Numbered from the stretch's first letter, positions 10,768 through 23,314 are shown. The stretch: DNA of 52,015 nt from Tubiluchus corallicola (GCA_030141605.1 JAQGDQ010000607.1:1-52015), one strand, 5' to 3'. A program made the numbers and translations. The notes: a model not told the origin generated them from the letters alone.

Positions 10768-12520
10768 TTAAGTCATCTTGAGCCATCTCGACCCAATCTT
10801 TTTTCTTTCTTATAATTTTCTTTTATTTTCTATATGCTCATTAGTATGACAAAATGGTGTAAAATGAATCAGATTATTGTTTTCTATGACACACTTTACT
10901 TCAAAAATGTAAGAGGCTGACATAGTTTTAGTGTTATACGAGTAGGCGTAATTGTAGGTTATCCATTGCTGATTTTTATACATTTCCACACATTGCAAGT
11001 CAGTGCCTACGCAACTGAGCTAGTTGTGGCGAGACCGGAACTTGGCTTATTGTCAAGATGAGCCACTGAACCAGCAGTTGTGTTTTTAGCCACGTTCACC
11101 TGTTCATCTTCGAACTACAAGGTAAAAAGCCAGAATCAGCACGACAAATGAAAGCCACAAAAAGCAAATATCAGGAGCCATTCGCAAACCACCTTAACGT
11201 GGTTTATTTCAGTTGTGAGGCACCCTACGTGACCACTCGGCTGTTCACAACGCCTTTTTCATTATTAAACGTATTCTCAACGTGTATTCTATTATATATC
11301 GTTATGTATTGAAGTTGGCAGTCATATGGCTAGTGCTGCTGCACAGTTCCAGCGATTGATGATGATCGTGAAAATGCCAAAGCATTTGTGTACACTTGAC
11401 AACGCCTCGCAGCCCATGCTAATAGTAACAGTTTTAACAGCTAGCTGGAATCTTACCTTGTTCTTTTTTTGCTGCCAAGCAAGCAAGACCCTGCAGTAAA
11501 AATGAAGCGAGTTTATTGCAGTTTGTAGCTGCTTTTTATTGCTGTTGTGGGCGTATTGCTCGTGACGCAATGCTATGTGAACAGCCAAGCGGGTACGCCA
11601 AACTCACAGGTCAACTGGCCTGGTCTTCCCTGAGCTGCCGGTAGCAACTCCTTTTGTTAAATCTGTTAATGCACATTGAGTAAAGGAAAGCTGTGTTAAA
11701 TAGTGATTTTGATTAAATTATTAAATTAATAACTCACGATTAAACTATCGTCGTGGCTAGAAGCCTAGTTAGCTGTGGCATCACGTGACCAACTGACTAA
11801 CTGATGACCTCTCAGAAGTAAAGATTGATGATGTAATTCTTATGCGCAGAAGCTCATGGCGCATTAGGTAGTTAGACAAAAGTGTTTTGAGGCCCGCACC
11901 TCGAGGGAGATGAGGAACTGACTTGAAGACGGAGGACTGGCATTACTATCCTCTTACATTTACCGTGTTGTGTTTGATGTCTAGTTTATTAAATAAAGTT
12001 TTGATAGTTTGCCATGCCCATCGTGGCTAACTCACACGTCACACAATAATCAGCAAGCAGCTTTAACCACTATAATAAACAGACTCTAACGCAACCACTA
12101 TACCAATTATTTTATTCATTGGATCTTCGCGCATATGAGCTACGTCATCAGTTATATAATCGTGACGTGTCCTCCCTCTTAAGTAGGTCAGATATCAGCT
12201 CATGTGTCCTAATTAACTTGGCTTCCCGGCTGAAGTAATAATTTGAACCTTAATCAGTAATTTGATATACAATCTCTATACTTCTGCTAGTAAATCACTC
12301 TACGCACAGACTGATGCATAATTATGTAAAATCAACGTAAAACAACCGAAGTTACTGAATTAACGCACATGTCACGTGACGGTTGCAGTTAAAATGCCTT
12401 GCTGTGATACACTTAACCTTTGACCTGCAGCAACTGCGCGTGAAACACAACAAAAGTGTGAAAAGGTTTATATCGTCTTAAATTTTCTTTCATATTCATT
12501 CTGTTTTTCTTTTTTTGCAG

Positions 12521-12850
12521 GTCATAGTGTGGTTAGCACGAGTGTTTTAGCGCCTAAAATAGTTCAAAACGACGTCTCGGGTCATAGTGTGGTCAGCACG
12601 AAGGTTTTAGCGCCTAAAAGGCTAGTTCAAAAGGACGTTGCACCAGCACGTGGTTCTTACTCACGTCACCACGAACAGCCGTTGTCGTACGGCGGCTATC
12701 AGCGGAAATATTACCCGGCAAAAATACTCACGGAACGAGAAAACCGCCATAGATTTTGGCAGACTATATTTCATCATCAGCGCTCCCTGTTGAGAAAAGA
12801 TGAAATTAAACGGGACAACATTCTAGATACACAGAGCGTGTTAACAGATG
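12521..12850 (+). CDS. Pentraxin-domain gene exon, basic pro-region (GHSVVSTSVLAPK...KDEIKRDNILDTQSVLTD)
   Basis: Long polypyrimidine tract plus cag acceptor; donor G|gtaact; 330 nt open, phase 1 to phase 1; joins exon 15754 in frame. Confidence 0.75.
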
Positions 12851-12913
12851 GTAACTATATAGTATTATTGAAACACATTTTGATAGCACTGCCTAGCAGT
12901 CCTGTTTAATTAA

Positions 12914-14251
12914 AGGAAAACAGTATGAATTTTCATATGCTACCCCATTTTGAAGTACAGTAGAAAGTATCTCTTTTCACCTATAGACGTCAAAGTGTTT
13001 CTGATAATTAAATAATAGGTTAAACACTTATGTAACGACCGTGTGCCCAGTTGGTGATGACATCACAAACGAACATAATTTTCAACAGCACAAACATTCG
13101 TTGAGCGAGTCGTTCGTGTTTGGGAAAGCAAAAATTAAGGTACCGTGTTATTGCATAACATTCAGTGTGATACACAAAACTCGGCAGATTTAAAATTTAA
13201 AATTAAAATTTCAACTTTACCGCTGTGCTCACGCATGAGCTAGAGAAGGTGTGCACTACGTTACAACTGAACAATAACTGAACGAAAACGTCTGTCTTAT
13301 GTTCAATGCGTTTTCGAGATGTGTGTCTGTTCCCTTCGATATTTCACAGGTTAAATTGTTTTGGTATAGTAGAATATATATAATATAACCTAATACATTA
13401 TATTTTATAGTATAAGATTTGATCTAGTTTTCTTTTAGGTTTTCACATAGAAGCTAAAGATGTAGTAGAATAGACATGCAGAGAAAAAGTGAAACCATAG
13501 CTAGGTGTTTAAAAACAGAGTTAAAGGAATAGAGCTACTTTGCACATTAAGAGAAGGTTGACTAAGGTACATGGGCAAAGTTTCTTTCATTATAGATCAC
13601 TGTTAGTTGTAGCTTTGGCCGCAATGGTAAAATCATTAAGGAAAAACAGGACCCAATCTTAAACTGTAGGTCAAAATAATCTACTCTTTAAAATATTGAA
13701 AGTAAACGCATTATTTTCCAAAAATGACTTACGTGAAAGAATTATTACCACACAAACAAAACTTCACGTTCACGCCACTAGCTCTTAGCTGTTATATGCC
13801 TTACGCCATTCGTTAGTTAGATAGGCACTAACGCCTGCATTTCAGAAACGCATTGCACAAAAAACGTGTGCTGTACCTCACAGTTTAGGTGTGTTCGTTT
13901 GTGACGAACTACACACGTTCGACAGCTCATGCGTGAGCACTGCAGTAAATTTGAAATTCAAATTTTTATCTTAAAACTTGCCTTGTTTTGCTACAATACA
14001 CCGAATATCTTACAGTAGCAGTGTATTTCAATTTTCGCTTTCGCAAACACGTGCAACACGCTCGTAGATTTTTGCTGTTGAAAATTATGTTAGTTTGTGA
14101 TGTCATCAATAGTTGGGCTTACCCGCCATTAACTAAGTTTTTAATTTGTTTAATTATCAGAAACGCTTTTGCAGTATTAACTGTGTCAAAATGTGTACTT
14201 TTTATCGAACTTGAAAATTGGGTTGTATAGGAAAAATCATCCTGTCTTCCT
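12914..14251. mobile_element. TTAA-flanked element with long imperfect terminal inverted repeats (Kolobok-like)
   Basis: TTAA|AGGAAAACAG...CTGTCTTCCT|TTAA; 13025-13270 is an imperfect inverse of 13900-14160; fragment at about 42890-43070. Confidence 0.65.
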
Positions 14252-14456
14252 TTAAAATCAGCCTTGTAGTGCAAATGCTAAATTGAAGAGGACTTTTTAA
14301 TTTCTCACCAGTTCTAGACGAAATACCCAAATGTTCAGATATTCTTAATGAGAAAAGACACTTTTAAACTATGTTCCAAAAACTTACCACTCACCATTAC
14401 CTGTTACCACTGTTACCTATCATAAAGCTTACCTGCTTCAAAAACTTATGTAATTA

Positions 14457-14888
14457 CAGTCATTTGCAAAAGTTTAAGACCAAGCTCGAGTTTTCGGGTT
14501 TTTCATCATACTGTACCCTGATTGCATCAGATTCTTTGTTGATTGCATCGTACTGCTAGTGGTCAGACAGGCAGCCATCAAGTGCTGAAGACTTGCGAAG
14601 AGTTATCAAGGACGTTTGGGTTAAAGAAATTACTTCCGAGTACTGCCAAAACCTAATTTCCAGTATGTCTCTTAGAATGAAGGCAGTGATTGACAACTCC
14701 GGCTGCCATACAAAGTACTAAAATGTTCAAGGACTCTGACTATTTTTGAATAGAAACATACAAACTATGCTATAGTATATTTTTCTAGAAGAATAAATGA
14801 ATAGTTTTTAGATGGAACCGTGTTAAACGATGGTTTTGTCAATTTTCAAGAAAAAATCACTTTGGTCTTAAACTTTTGTAAATGATTG
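14457..14888 (+). mobile_element. Tc1-derived MITE (internal deletion derivative), copy 1
   Basis: TA TSD; TIR CAGTCATTTGCAAAAGTTTAAGACCA; retains the Tc1 transposase C-terminus WVKEITSEYCQNLISSM.LRMKAVI...TKY*. Confidence 0.9.
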
Positions 14889-14914
14889 TAGAAGAGAAAA
14901 ATGTTTGTAATTCA

Positions 14915-15471
14915 AGGATTTTCGCCAAGTGGTAAAATGACAATAATTCGCCTTCCCAGTGTGCACTGCTGGCTCACTAAAAATGTATTTTTAATTTATT
15001 GACAAGACACAGTAATTTGTACTTTTGCTAGTGAAGCTGCTTTTAACTGAAGTGTGTACTACGAATGCTCTGATTAATTTTTAAAACTTTACGCAATGTT
15101 ATCAAAACTGGCTTCAAATGATTCACCGTTAAAATAGCTATGCCTAAAGGTCATCCATGGAATTTAGATGTTCAAGTTTTATGCAGCTTTGCTACTACTA
15201 CAAGCACTGTATGCAATAAGACATGCATTTTAAGACAATCTTTTTAGTTTTACGTAAAGAGGTTTCCTGTCCCTTAACAGACTGAGTTCTAGTCAGTTTC
15301 TTGCTTTTAGTTGTTAAGTTATAATATGCAAGAAAGGAGTCTTTGCAAAGACAGGAACTTTTCCGGCTGTCATCACTGCTAATACAAGCTGGGTGCAATA
15401 AGACAGTATGTGGATGACATAAAATTTTAAGACGTTTTTAGTATTATGTAAGTAATGGGTTTTCTTGTGCT
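14915..15471. mobile_element. Partial diverged copy of the Kolobok-like family (further fragments at about 16830-17035 and 28915-29110)
   Basis: Ends GGGTTTTCTTGTGCT|TTAA and shares internal blocks with 4744-5100. Confidence 0.5.
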
Positions 15472-15753
15472 TTAAACTGTCTGGATATTTTGCGACATGG
15501 TAATTATAAAGATACGTTACTTCGTCATTTGTTTTTATTTTTATTTATTCATTTTTCTTTACTATTTTATTTTATTTTATTTTACTCAGCCGTCGATGCC
15601 AAAAAGTTATTGACTGACTGAGTGACTAACCGACTAACTGAAACTGACCAACTCTCCAAGTGCAGCACGTACACGCAATAAGCCATGGGCCAATTTACTA
15701 ACCCAAAAAACGATTTAGTAATTAAATAATTTATTTCTTATTATATTTTCAAG

Positions 15754-15869
15754 CCACGTTTGAGCTTTGTGAACCTGGATTTCTTGTGAACTTCGAAGAG
15801 CAGCAGGATACAGATTACATAAAGCTTGAAACTCCAACTGAAGATATATCAGAGTTTACAGTGTGTCAG
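15754..15869 (+). CDS. Pentraxin domain exon (ATFELCEPGFLVNFEEQQDTDYIKL...FTVCQ)
   Basis: Acceptor ttttcaag, donor CAG|gtaaaa. The F...TDY..L and FTVC-W pattern is typical of pentraxin N-termini. Confidence 0.88.
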
Positions 15870-15969
15870 GTAAAAATTAAGTATCCAATTTCTTTCTTCT
15901 TGCTTCTTTCTTTCTTTCTCAATACTCCTATAATTTTTATATCTACAAAGAAGTGCAGCATACACACAT

Positions 15970-16383
15970 ATCTCAGGTTGCCGAACAAAAACGGGTAGAT
16001 GTCCGTCCGAATTTGCCGATAATTACCGATGCTAAGCTGATACGGTAGGCACCCTTAATTACAGTCACGGCAATGTGGAATCAATCGCCTAATTGTCTCA
16101 AAAACGTCTAGTACAGGCCGCTCTTATGCAAAAGTATATAAAAACTGTTGGTAATTCACTCAAATAACTCAGCATAATTAACTCTAAGCCACTAAACATG
16201 CTGCCGTACAAGCTACACACGTGTTGTTACACGCTGTTTGGATGTAAACAAAGTGTCGACCCGCCAACTAGTGGTCAGTTCGTGAAATAACGGACTACGT
16301 CAGTAGTACGCGGGCCTTTTAACGGTCCAGATTTTCTCCGATTTTTCCGATGTCCGTAAAGGCGAGGTCCGTCAAACCAAGAT
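15970..16383. mobile_element. MITE related internally to the CAGGGATGAGA family (short copy at 19751-19940)
   Basis: Imperfect termini ATCTC.G.TTGCCGAAC / GTCCGTCAAACCAAGAT; shared internal block. Confidence 0.55.
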
Positions 16384-17352
16384 ATGAGTCAATGAATGAG
16401 TGTATGGTATCCGGTACAGTTTATTGTCTGACACTCGAAATAAATCATTGTTTGTAACATCAAAAATGAGTGACAGGTTTTAAAAATTGGCATTAACTAC
16501 TGAGTCCGTTGTAATGTGTTTTTATTGTAGCAAACAGTCATTCTTAGTGAATTAATGTTGTGTGCGTTGTCTTTTGAGTTTTGTATATAATTATGTAAAT
16601 AGCCTGTCCTCTTATAGGTGTGATTTTGTAGTTGCCTCACCTTCCTAGTGTGTGTTACACGCTACAATAATATTTGCAACCGGACAAATGCGTGCATAAT
16701 CAAGTAGTATTTATTAAACTAATTAGGAACTTAAACAAAGATCAGGACAGTCTAGAATGCAGAACACTGCTAAGCAATCACCGAGATCTTTGATCTACAC
16801 AAACCGTATCTGTGGTATTGTTACAGTGTGCACGACTGACTCACCAAAAAATTATTTTTAATATTTTTTTGAAAGGATAAAAAAGTTATTTATAATTTAT
16901 AATTTTGCTTAGTTAGCGAAGAGTGTACTCAGATTGTCATAATTATTTATTTAAACTTTATGCAATACTTATTTGAACTTGTTTGAAACGACGTTTTTCT
17001 TATCTTTATGTAACTAAGTGGTTTTCTCGTGTTTTAAATAATAAAGTAATAACTACCAGAGGTTTAGCAGGCTGGGGACAATAGGGGGTAATCGCCCCGG
17101 GCACAAGTGTGAGAGGGCACAAAATTCTTCTAGAACTGAATGACTGGTAATTATTAATTACTAATCCGACATTAACAAAGCAATTAACAAATTTTTTTAA
17201 ACTACAACAAAATTGCCTAGTCAGAGATCATCATAGCTGACTTAATTACTACATACAGCCTAGAAAAAAGGGTAATGCTGTTACTTGTACTGTTAAAGCA
17301 GACCAATACTTTTGGAAGAAAAGTGTGGGTTCTCTAAATGCAGATTGCAGTA

Positions 17353-17844
17353 CAGTGTTCCCTCACTTATCCGTTCCAGGCCCACCCATGATAAGTATAT
17401 TTCCGCGAAGTAGCTATACTTATTTTAGGGTCGCTTTCCATCAATCAACCAATCATGTGTTGTGTACAATCTCACGTCAGCAAGTAGCATCTCAAGCGGG
17501 CGCAAGTACTACATTTCGTTTTTGGTGTATATTCGTCCACCGAATAAATACTCTATTTACTGTAAATGGTAATTTCTTATGATTTAAAATATTCTTTTAA
17601 TGTTAGAATTAATATTTTTAATATATTTTGATACATTTTGTGATATTTTTTGCAAAATTCATCAAATCTATACATTAATGTACAATACGTACTACGCATG
17701 CGCAAAAATACTTTAGATGGAGTACCGCAAAAACCCGCGAATCAGCGAAAATATCGCGATAAATATTTTACATTAATATTTTTGAAAAACCCGCGAAACA
17801 GCGAGTCCGCGATAAACGAACCGCGAAGTAGCGAGGGAGCACTG
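17353..17844. mobile_element. Tigger/pogo-like MITE
   Basis: TA|CAGTGTTCCCTC...GAGGGAGCACTG|TA. Confidence 0.75.
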
Positions 17845-18371
17845 TAGTTTAAATAATTCTACACTCATATCTAGGTGGTGGCGGTATCAGTGCAGAGATT
17901 GTTTATTTTAGTGACACATTTTCAATTTACATCAGTAAGAACTTAAAATTGTTATAACAATTACAATGACAATTACTTATATAACCCTCGTAAACCGCGA
18001 AGTAGCGAGGGAAGACTGTATTGTGAAAACCTGTAGTATTCTGTATCTTTCATCATATTTGCATGTTTTAATGCTGCAGCTGAATGTTTAACGACTGTCG
18101 TGTTACGAGCAACTAATGCATAGAAAAGAGTTACTCTGGTACAGTGCTGCAAATCAAACTCAGGGTGATTCTTAGAAGAAATTCGTTTATCTTCATCCTA
18201 TTGTGTCAAAAAAGGAGTCGGACTCACGAACGCAAAAAACGCACGCAATTTGTGGCTTCATCCACAAAACAAATGATCAAAACGTTAAAAGGGTAGGGTG
18301 CCAAAAATTTTATTGCGTGTAGAGAGAAGTATATTGCAATGTTTAGTCTAGCAGCACTTTTTATTTTTCAG

Positions 18372-18502
18372 TGGATCAAACCAGATGCAAGTGTGAGGCT
18401 GCCCGATTTTCACACCCTAATTTCTTATTACCAAGCGGAAAATTCTATACTGATAGCATTAAAAAATGATGAGTTGATGTTATACGTCAATGGAGAGTTA
18501 GG
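18372..18502 (+). CDS. Pentraxin domain exon (WIKPDAS...TLISYYQAENSILI...LYVNGELG)
   Basis: Acceptor tttttcag, donor GG|gtaagt; phase 0 to phase 2; T-L-x-S-Y and LYV-G motifs. Confidence 0.9.
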
Positions 18503-19214
18503 GTAAGTAGGGGAAACCGGGGCAACTTTTTGCATGCCCTAGTTGTTACAGCAGTTGTTTTTGCAACTAAAGACCATCGAACCACTGAGGTCAAATTGTT
18601 TACCGATCAGCTCCAGGTTATGAAAGTCAATGTTCCTGTACTAACTTATCAAAACTAGAGTGAACATCACTTGTACTTCTTTACTTGTCCTGTGCTGTGC
18701 ACTTATACATATTACAACGTGTATTGCATAATTCTTTTCAGTTTTGGGTAGAGATTTGGTTTGCGTATTTCAAGAGTTTGTATTTTTAGTGAATAGATGG
18801 CGCTAGCAGGTCGAGAGCGGTAAACAATAATCAACAGATAGTCGCAGTTTGTATTTTTAGTGGATAGATGGCGCTAGCAGGTCGAGCGCGGTAAACAATA
18901 ATCAACAGATAGTCGCATACATATGCGAACAAGTTTTTTAAGATACAAGTAATGACTACTCTATTTACAAAATCCATTGCTTTATCACATTTGTATTTTC
19001 GTCTTAAATAAACTCGAAGTTAAAACAACCACAACATCCTACTTGTTGAAACATTTGCCAAACTAACCAGCGTTACAAAACTTATCTTAAGGCAAAACAG
19101 CTAACCTGTGCCAAATAACGAAAAGATTTAGTAGTCTAATCTAATAAGTAAGTTGTACTGAACTTGAGTTTTAGTGATTCAGCTATTGTTGATAATAACA
19201 CGATACATTATTAT

Positions 19215-19540
19215 TAGGGGTGAGCATTCTCTACCAGAAAGCAAATTCGCATCGAACCGAATTCGAATTGAGATTGAACGATTTTCGAACAAGTTTTCGA
19301 ACCACCAGTAAAAATTAGTCTTACAAAGATCATGCATATTACTAGATTTTGTTCTGCAATAAAACGACTAGTAATTTCTTTAAAATTGTGTGCAGAAATC
19401 ACAGCTAAATTATGCTAATTACATGATGTTTCAATCGTTTTAATGATAAATAACATATGTGATTGAAGTGCTGAATTATTCGAATCTATAGTTTTGGATT
19501 CGAATCGAGTTCGTACTCGAACGTTCGATGCTCACCCCTA
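19215..19540. mobile_element. hAT-type MITE, same family as 883-1254
   Basis: TAGGGGTGAGCAT...ATGCTCACCCCTA termini; 8-bp TSD ATTATTAT. Confidence 0.88.
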
Positions 19541-20040
19541 ATTATTATTGCTCGCATTACGATACACTTTCACAAACCTTGCTAGAAAACATGTTAAAAT
19601 ATGACCTAATGACTGTTTCAAGTTGATGTACCTGAATTTCTATCTAGTAGAAAATAACGAAACACGATACACCATTATGCGTGTTGCCGAACTACTTTAT
19701 TTAAAATGCGTTCTGACGCATTAATACATAACAATGACAACTAAATTCAAATCTCGGTTTGCCGAACAAAAGCGCGGAGACTTCGCGTCATTACACGCTG
19801 CTTGGTTGCACTGATGTAATGATGTAAACAAAATGACGGCTCGCCATCTAGCGGTCAGCTCGCGAAACAACGGACGGTGTCCGTACTATGCGGTCCAGAT
19901 TTTGTCCAATTCTTCCGATATCCGTAAAAGCGAGCTGACATACTAAAAATCTAAACAATCATGATAATTTTAAGATCATCAGAACATCTCAGAAACATAA
20001 AATTAAAAATATGTCCGCTATTATCAAGATTAAAAATTAA

Positions 20041-20478
20041 GATTTTTTAAGGCGTACCGAGTGGAAACGACAAAATTACATAGACACATGTAAGCCAGAA
20101 GAGGTTAAAGATATATTGAAAATAAGACTGAATATGATTAAAGTTAAAGGGAACTACAAGAATGAGTTTAAGGATCAGTTATTAGGCCCAGTGTGTGGGG
20201 AGGATGATGATACTACTGAACATACGCTTAAATGTGACAGATATCGAGAATGGAAAAAATTTTGAACTCAGATGTATTAATGAACAGTGAAAAGGAAGGA
20301 TTGCTAGAAATTAGAAATCTAGTGAACAAATGCATGGAATACAGGATAAAGGCAAATAAAGACATTGAACTTGGAAAAGACAACAAAAAGATCAGCGTTA
20401 AAGAAGAATAGACTTTGCACCCTATAAAGGTGGCCGCTTCTGATAGGTGGGGAGAGTCGAGTATCGCAATCGCAATTT
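20041..20478 (+). mobile_element. Non-LTR retrotransposon 3' fragment (degenerate CCHC knuckle)
   Basis: LKIRLNMIKVKGNYK...GPVCGEDDDTTEHTLKC, then a short UTR ending in (ATCGCA)-type repeats. Confidence 0.7.
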
Positions 20479-20716
20479 CAAGATGAGGGTTTGGTGTTGT
20501 AATTAACTCAACTAAGCAAAAAAATGCCTAAACGTGGCGAAGGGTTTATGCACACCCACACTTTCAAGGTCAAAGAATGTGACGAGCATGTTTTATGCGC
20601 CTTGTTAGATTGGAAAGAAGCGTGACTGACATAACCAAATATATTTTTTCCTAACTATCATAAAAACTAAATACAGCTGTATGTTGGCTAAAAAAGATGT
20701 ATTACCAAGTAGCTAT

Positions 20717-21352
20717 TGAGGTGTACAGAGTAATGTACTTACAATAAGCAAAATGATCACTAAGGTGTATAGAGTGATGTGCTCATAATAAGCAAAATAA
20801 CCACTAAGGTGTATAGAGTAATGTGCTTATAATAAGCAAAATAACCACTAAGGTGTATAGAGTAATGTGCTTATAATAAGCAAAATAACCACTAAGGTGT
20901 TTAGGGTAATGTGCTCATAATAAGCAAAATAGCCACGAATGTGTATAGAGTAATGTGCTTATAATAAGCAAAATAACCACTAAGGTGTTTAGGGTAATGT
21001 GCTCATAATAAGCAAAATAGCCACGAATGTGTACAGAGTAATGTGCTCATAATAAGCAAAATAACCACTAAGGTGTATAGATTGATGTGCTTATAATAAG
21101 CAAAATAATCGCTAAGGTGCATAGATTGATGTGCTTATAATAAGCAAAATAATCGCTAAGGTGCATAGATTGATGTTCTTATAATAAGCCAAATAACCAC
21201 TAAGGTGTATAGAGTAAAGTGCTTATAATAAGCAAAATAACCACTAAAGTGTATAGAGTAAAGTGCTTATAATAAGCCAAATAACCACTAAGGTGTATAA
21301 AGTAAAGTGCTTATAATAAACAAGCTAACCACTCAGGTGTATAGAGTGATGT
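20717..21352. repeat. 44-bp minisatellite, about 14 units
   Basis: taaggtgtatagagtaatgtgcttataataagcaaaataaccac repeated. Confidence 0.93.
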
Positions 21353-21465
21353 AGCAAGAATGAAGAGGCAAAGAAAGCAGAATCAGCGTAACTTCTCGTA
21401 GTCATGTTGTCTGTATTTGTCAATGATTAAAATGGTGTTTCCTACTGGAAATCGATGAAAACGAC

Positions 21466-21636
21466 ATTAGATTAGCCAGGGTCATAAAAGTGCTAGGCAG
21501 GACTGCATCTCAAGGTCAATGTACACAGGTTCGAGTGCAGTTTTTGAACGAAACATCTTGCTCCATCATTCGTAATGTTGAGCGACCTGTGCGCGAAGGC
21601 GACATCTTGACGCTGATGGAAAGTGAAGATCGGTAG
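21466..21636 (+). pseudogene. RPS28: Processed pseudogene of 40S ribosomal protein S28 (eS28)
   Basis: Translates as [56 protein letters not shown]. Intronless, no in-frame ATG (TGA at 21424), conserved residues altered, C-terminus truncated. Confidence 0.9.
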
Positions 21637-21757
21637 CACAGAATTTTTTTATTTGAGCCACAAATTGACGAAATTTAATGTAAAAGAATTACCGTGTTTG
21701 AAAAATGAACTACCGTGCGCTAAAAAGTCACTGATATCAGAATGCATTCTATGTAGT

Positions 21758-22130
21758 TGTTGTGGAGATCGCTGGCGCCTATTAGAATTAAATAGAACAT
21801 TGTAGAATGTTCCATTAGAATAATCGTCTTACCTTGTAGAATGTTCTAGAAAGAAACGTCTGGAATGCTCCCTGGCACACTATATAAGGCGAAGCAGGCT
21901 GCTGAGACACACACACAGGCAGATTCACACGGACGCCACTTACACATTCTCTTGTATACTTGTATTTTCAGATACACTCAAACGCTTTCCAGATTTTCAC
22001 GTTTACTGTAATCATTTCGTGTTCCTTCATACTTTTGTGTTGTAGAATTCTCGCTTAATAAACTAGTTCAATTTGACGAAGTGTTTTCTGGTTTTCTCTA
22101 CGAGCCTTCCGAGAGAAACAAAACACAACA
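21758..22130 (+). mobile_element. Solo LTR
   Basis: TGTTGTG...CACAACA termini; 5-bp TSD GTAGT; internal TATATAA and AATAAA. Confidence 0.9.
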
Positions 22131-22579
22131 GTAGTGTACGGGACTGTCATAGGCCCAATTTAACGTATGTTTCCAGCTGACTTGTGAGAGTGTTCTGATA
22201 ATGATAATGCCAGCCTTGTTGTTAGCAATAATAGCCGTTGTTTTTTGCGTTAATATAAATATTTTTGATTGCATTTTCATCCTTCAGTTATTTGAAGTTG
22301 ATTAGTGAATTTTAAACAGATCAAGTTGCTAAGTAAAATAGCAATAATGTAATTTTACTACTATTCATGAGTGAAATAGCTACAGTGTCATCCCAATAAT
22401 CACATACATCCATTGAAGGATGGCTTGACTAGTTGACCTTCTTGGTCTTTCGCCACCCTATTTCCATTGTGATAATTAAATACATTTACTTGCCTCAGTT
22501 ATATCATGAATATGAAAATACATGCACGTTTTGAATTGAATTGAATTAATAGTGTAATCTACTTTGCTGACATTTGCAG

Positions 22580-22701
22580 GGATTTTACAGCCGATAATGC
22601 TGTATCCCTCTTTGATGGGGACTGGCACCACGTTTGCGTTGCCTGGTCGAGTGCCATGAATCAATATGATATGTATATTGATGGAACCCTGGTGACCAGC
22701 A
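22580..22701 (+). CDS. Pentraxin domain exon (DFTADNAVSLFDGDWHHVCVAWSS...MYIDG)
   Basis: Acceptor tttgcag, donor A|gtaagt; carries the HxCx(S/T)WxS-type pentraxin signature as HVCVAWSS. Confidence 0.92.
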
Positions 22702-22882
22702 GTAAGTATAAAAGCTTTTATTACAAAACCAGTTATGGACAGTGTTTAGCTTCAGATAAGAATTCATTCACATGTCTGTTTCTAAATTGACACTGTTGGC
22801 ATACGGACTATTTAGTGTGGAATCAGGCAGCATTTTGAGTGCCGGAGTTTTGATGGTTCAAGGCGGTTGGTTACAGAATGTA

Positions 22883-23314
22883 CAGTCATTTGCAAAAGTT
22901 TAAGACCAAAGTGATTTTTATACAAAAACTGACAAAACCATCGTTTAACACGGTTCCATCTAAAAACTATTCATGTATTCTTCTAGAAAAATATACTACA
23001 GCATAGTTTGTATGTTTTTATCCAAAAATAGTCACAGTCCTTGAACATTTTAGTACTTTGTATGGCCGCCGAAGTTGTCAATCACTGCCTTCATTCTAAG
23101 AGGCATACTGGAAATTAGGTTTTGGCAGTACTCGGAAGTAATTTCTTTAACCCAAACGTCCTTGATAACTCTTCGCGAGTCTTCAGCACTTGATGGCTGC
23201 CTGTCTGACCACTAGCAGTATGATGCAATCAACAAAGAATCTGATGCAATCAGGGTACAGTATGATGAAAAACCCGAAAACTCGAGCTTGGTCTTAAACT
23301 TTTGCAAATGAATT
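22883..23314 (-). mobile_element. Tc1-derived MITE, copy 2 (inverted)
   Basis: Reverse complement of 14457-14888; TA-flanked. Confidence 0.9.

Noticed and set aside
11690-12045. Possible third solo LTR (AATAAA, ends ...CACACA)
   Set aside because: No matching TSD or second copy could be established.
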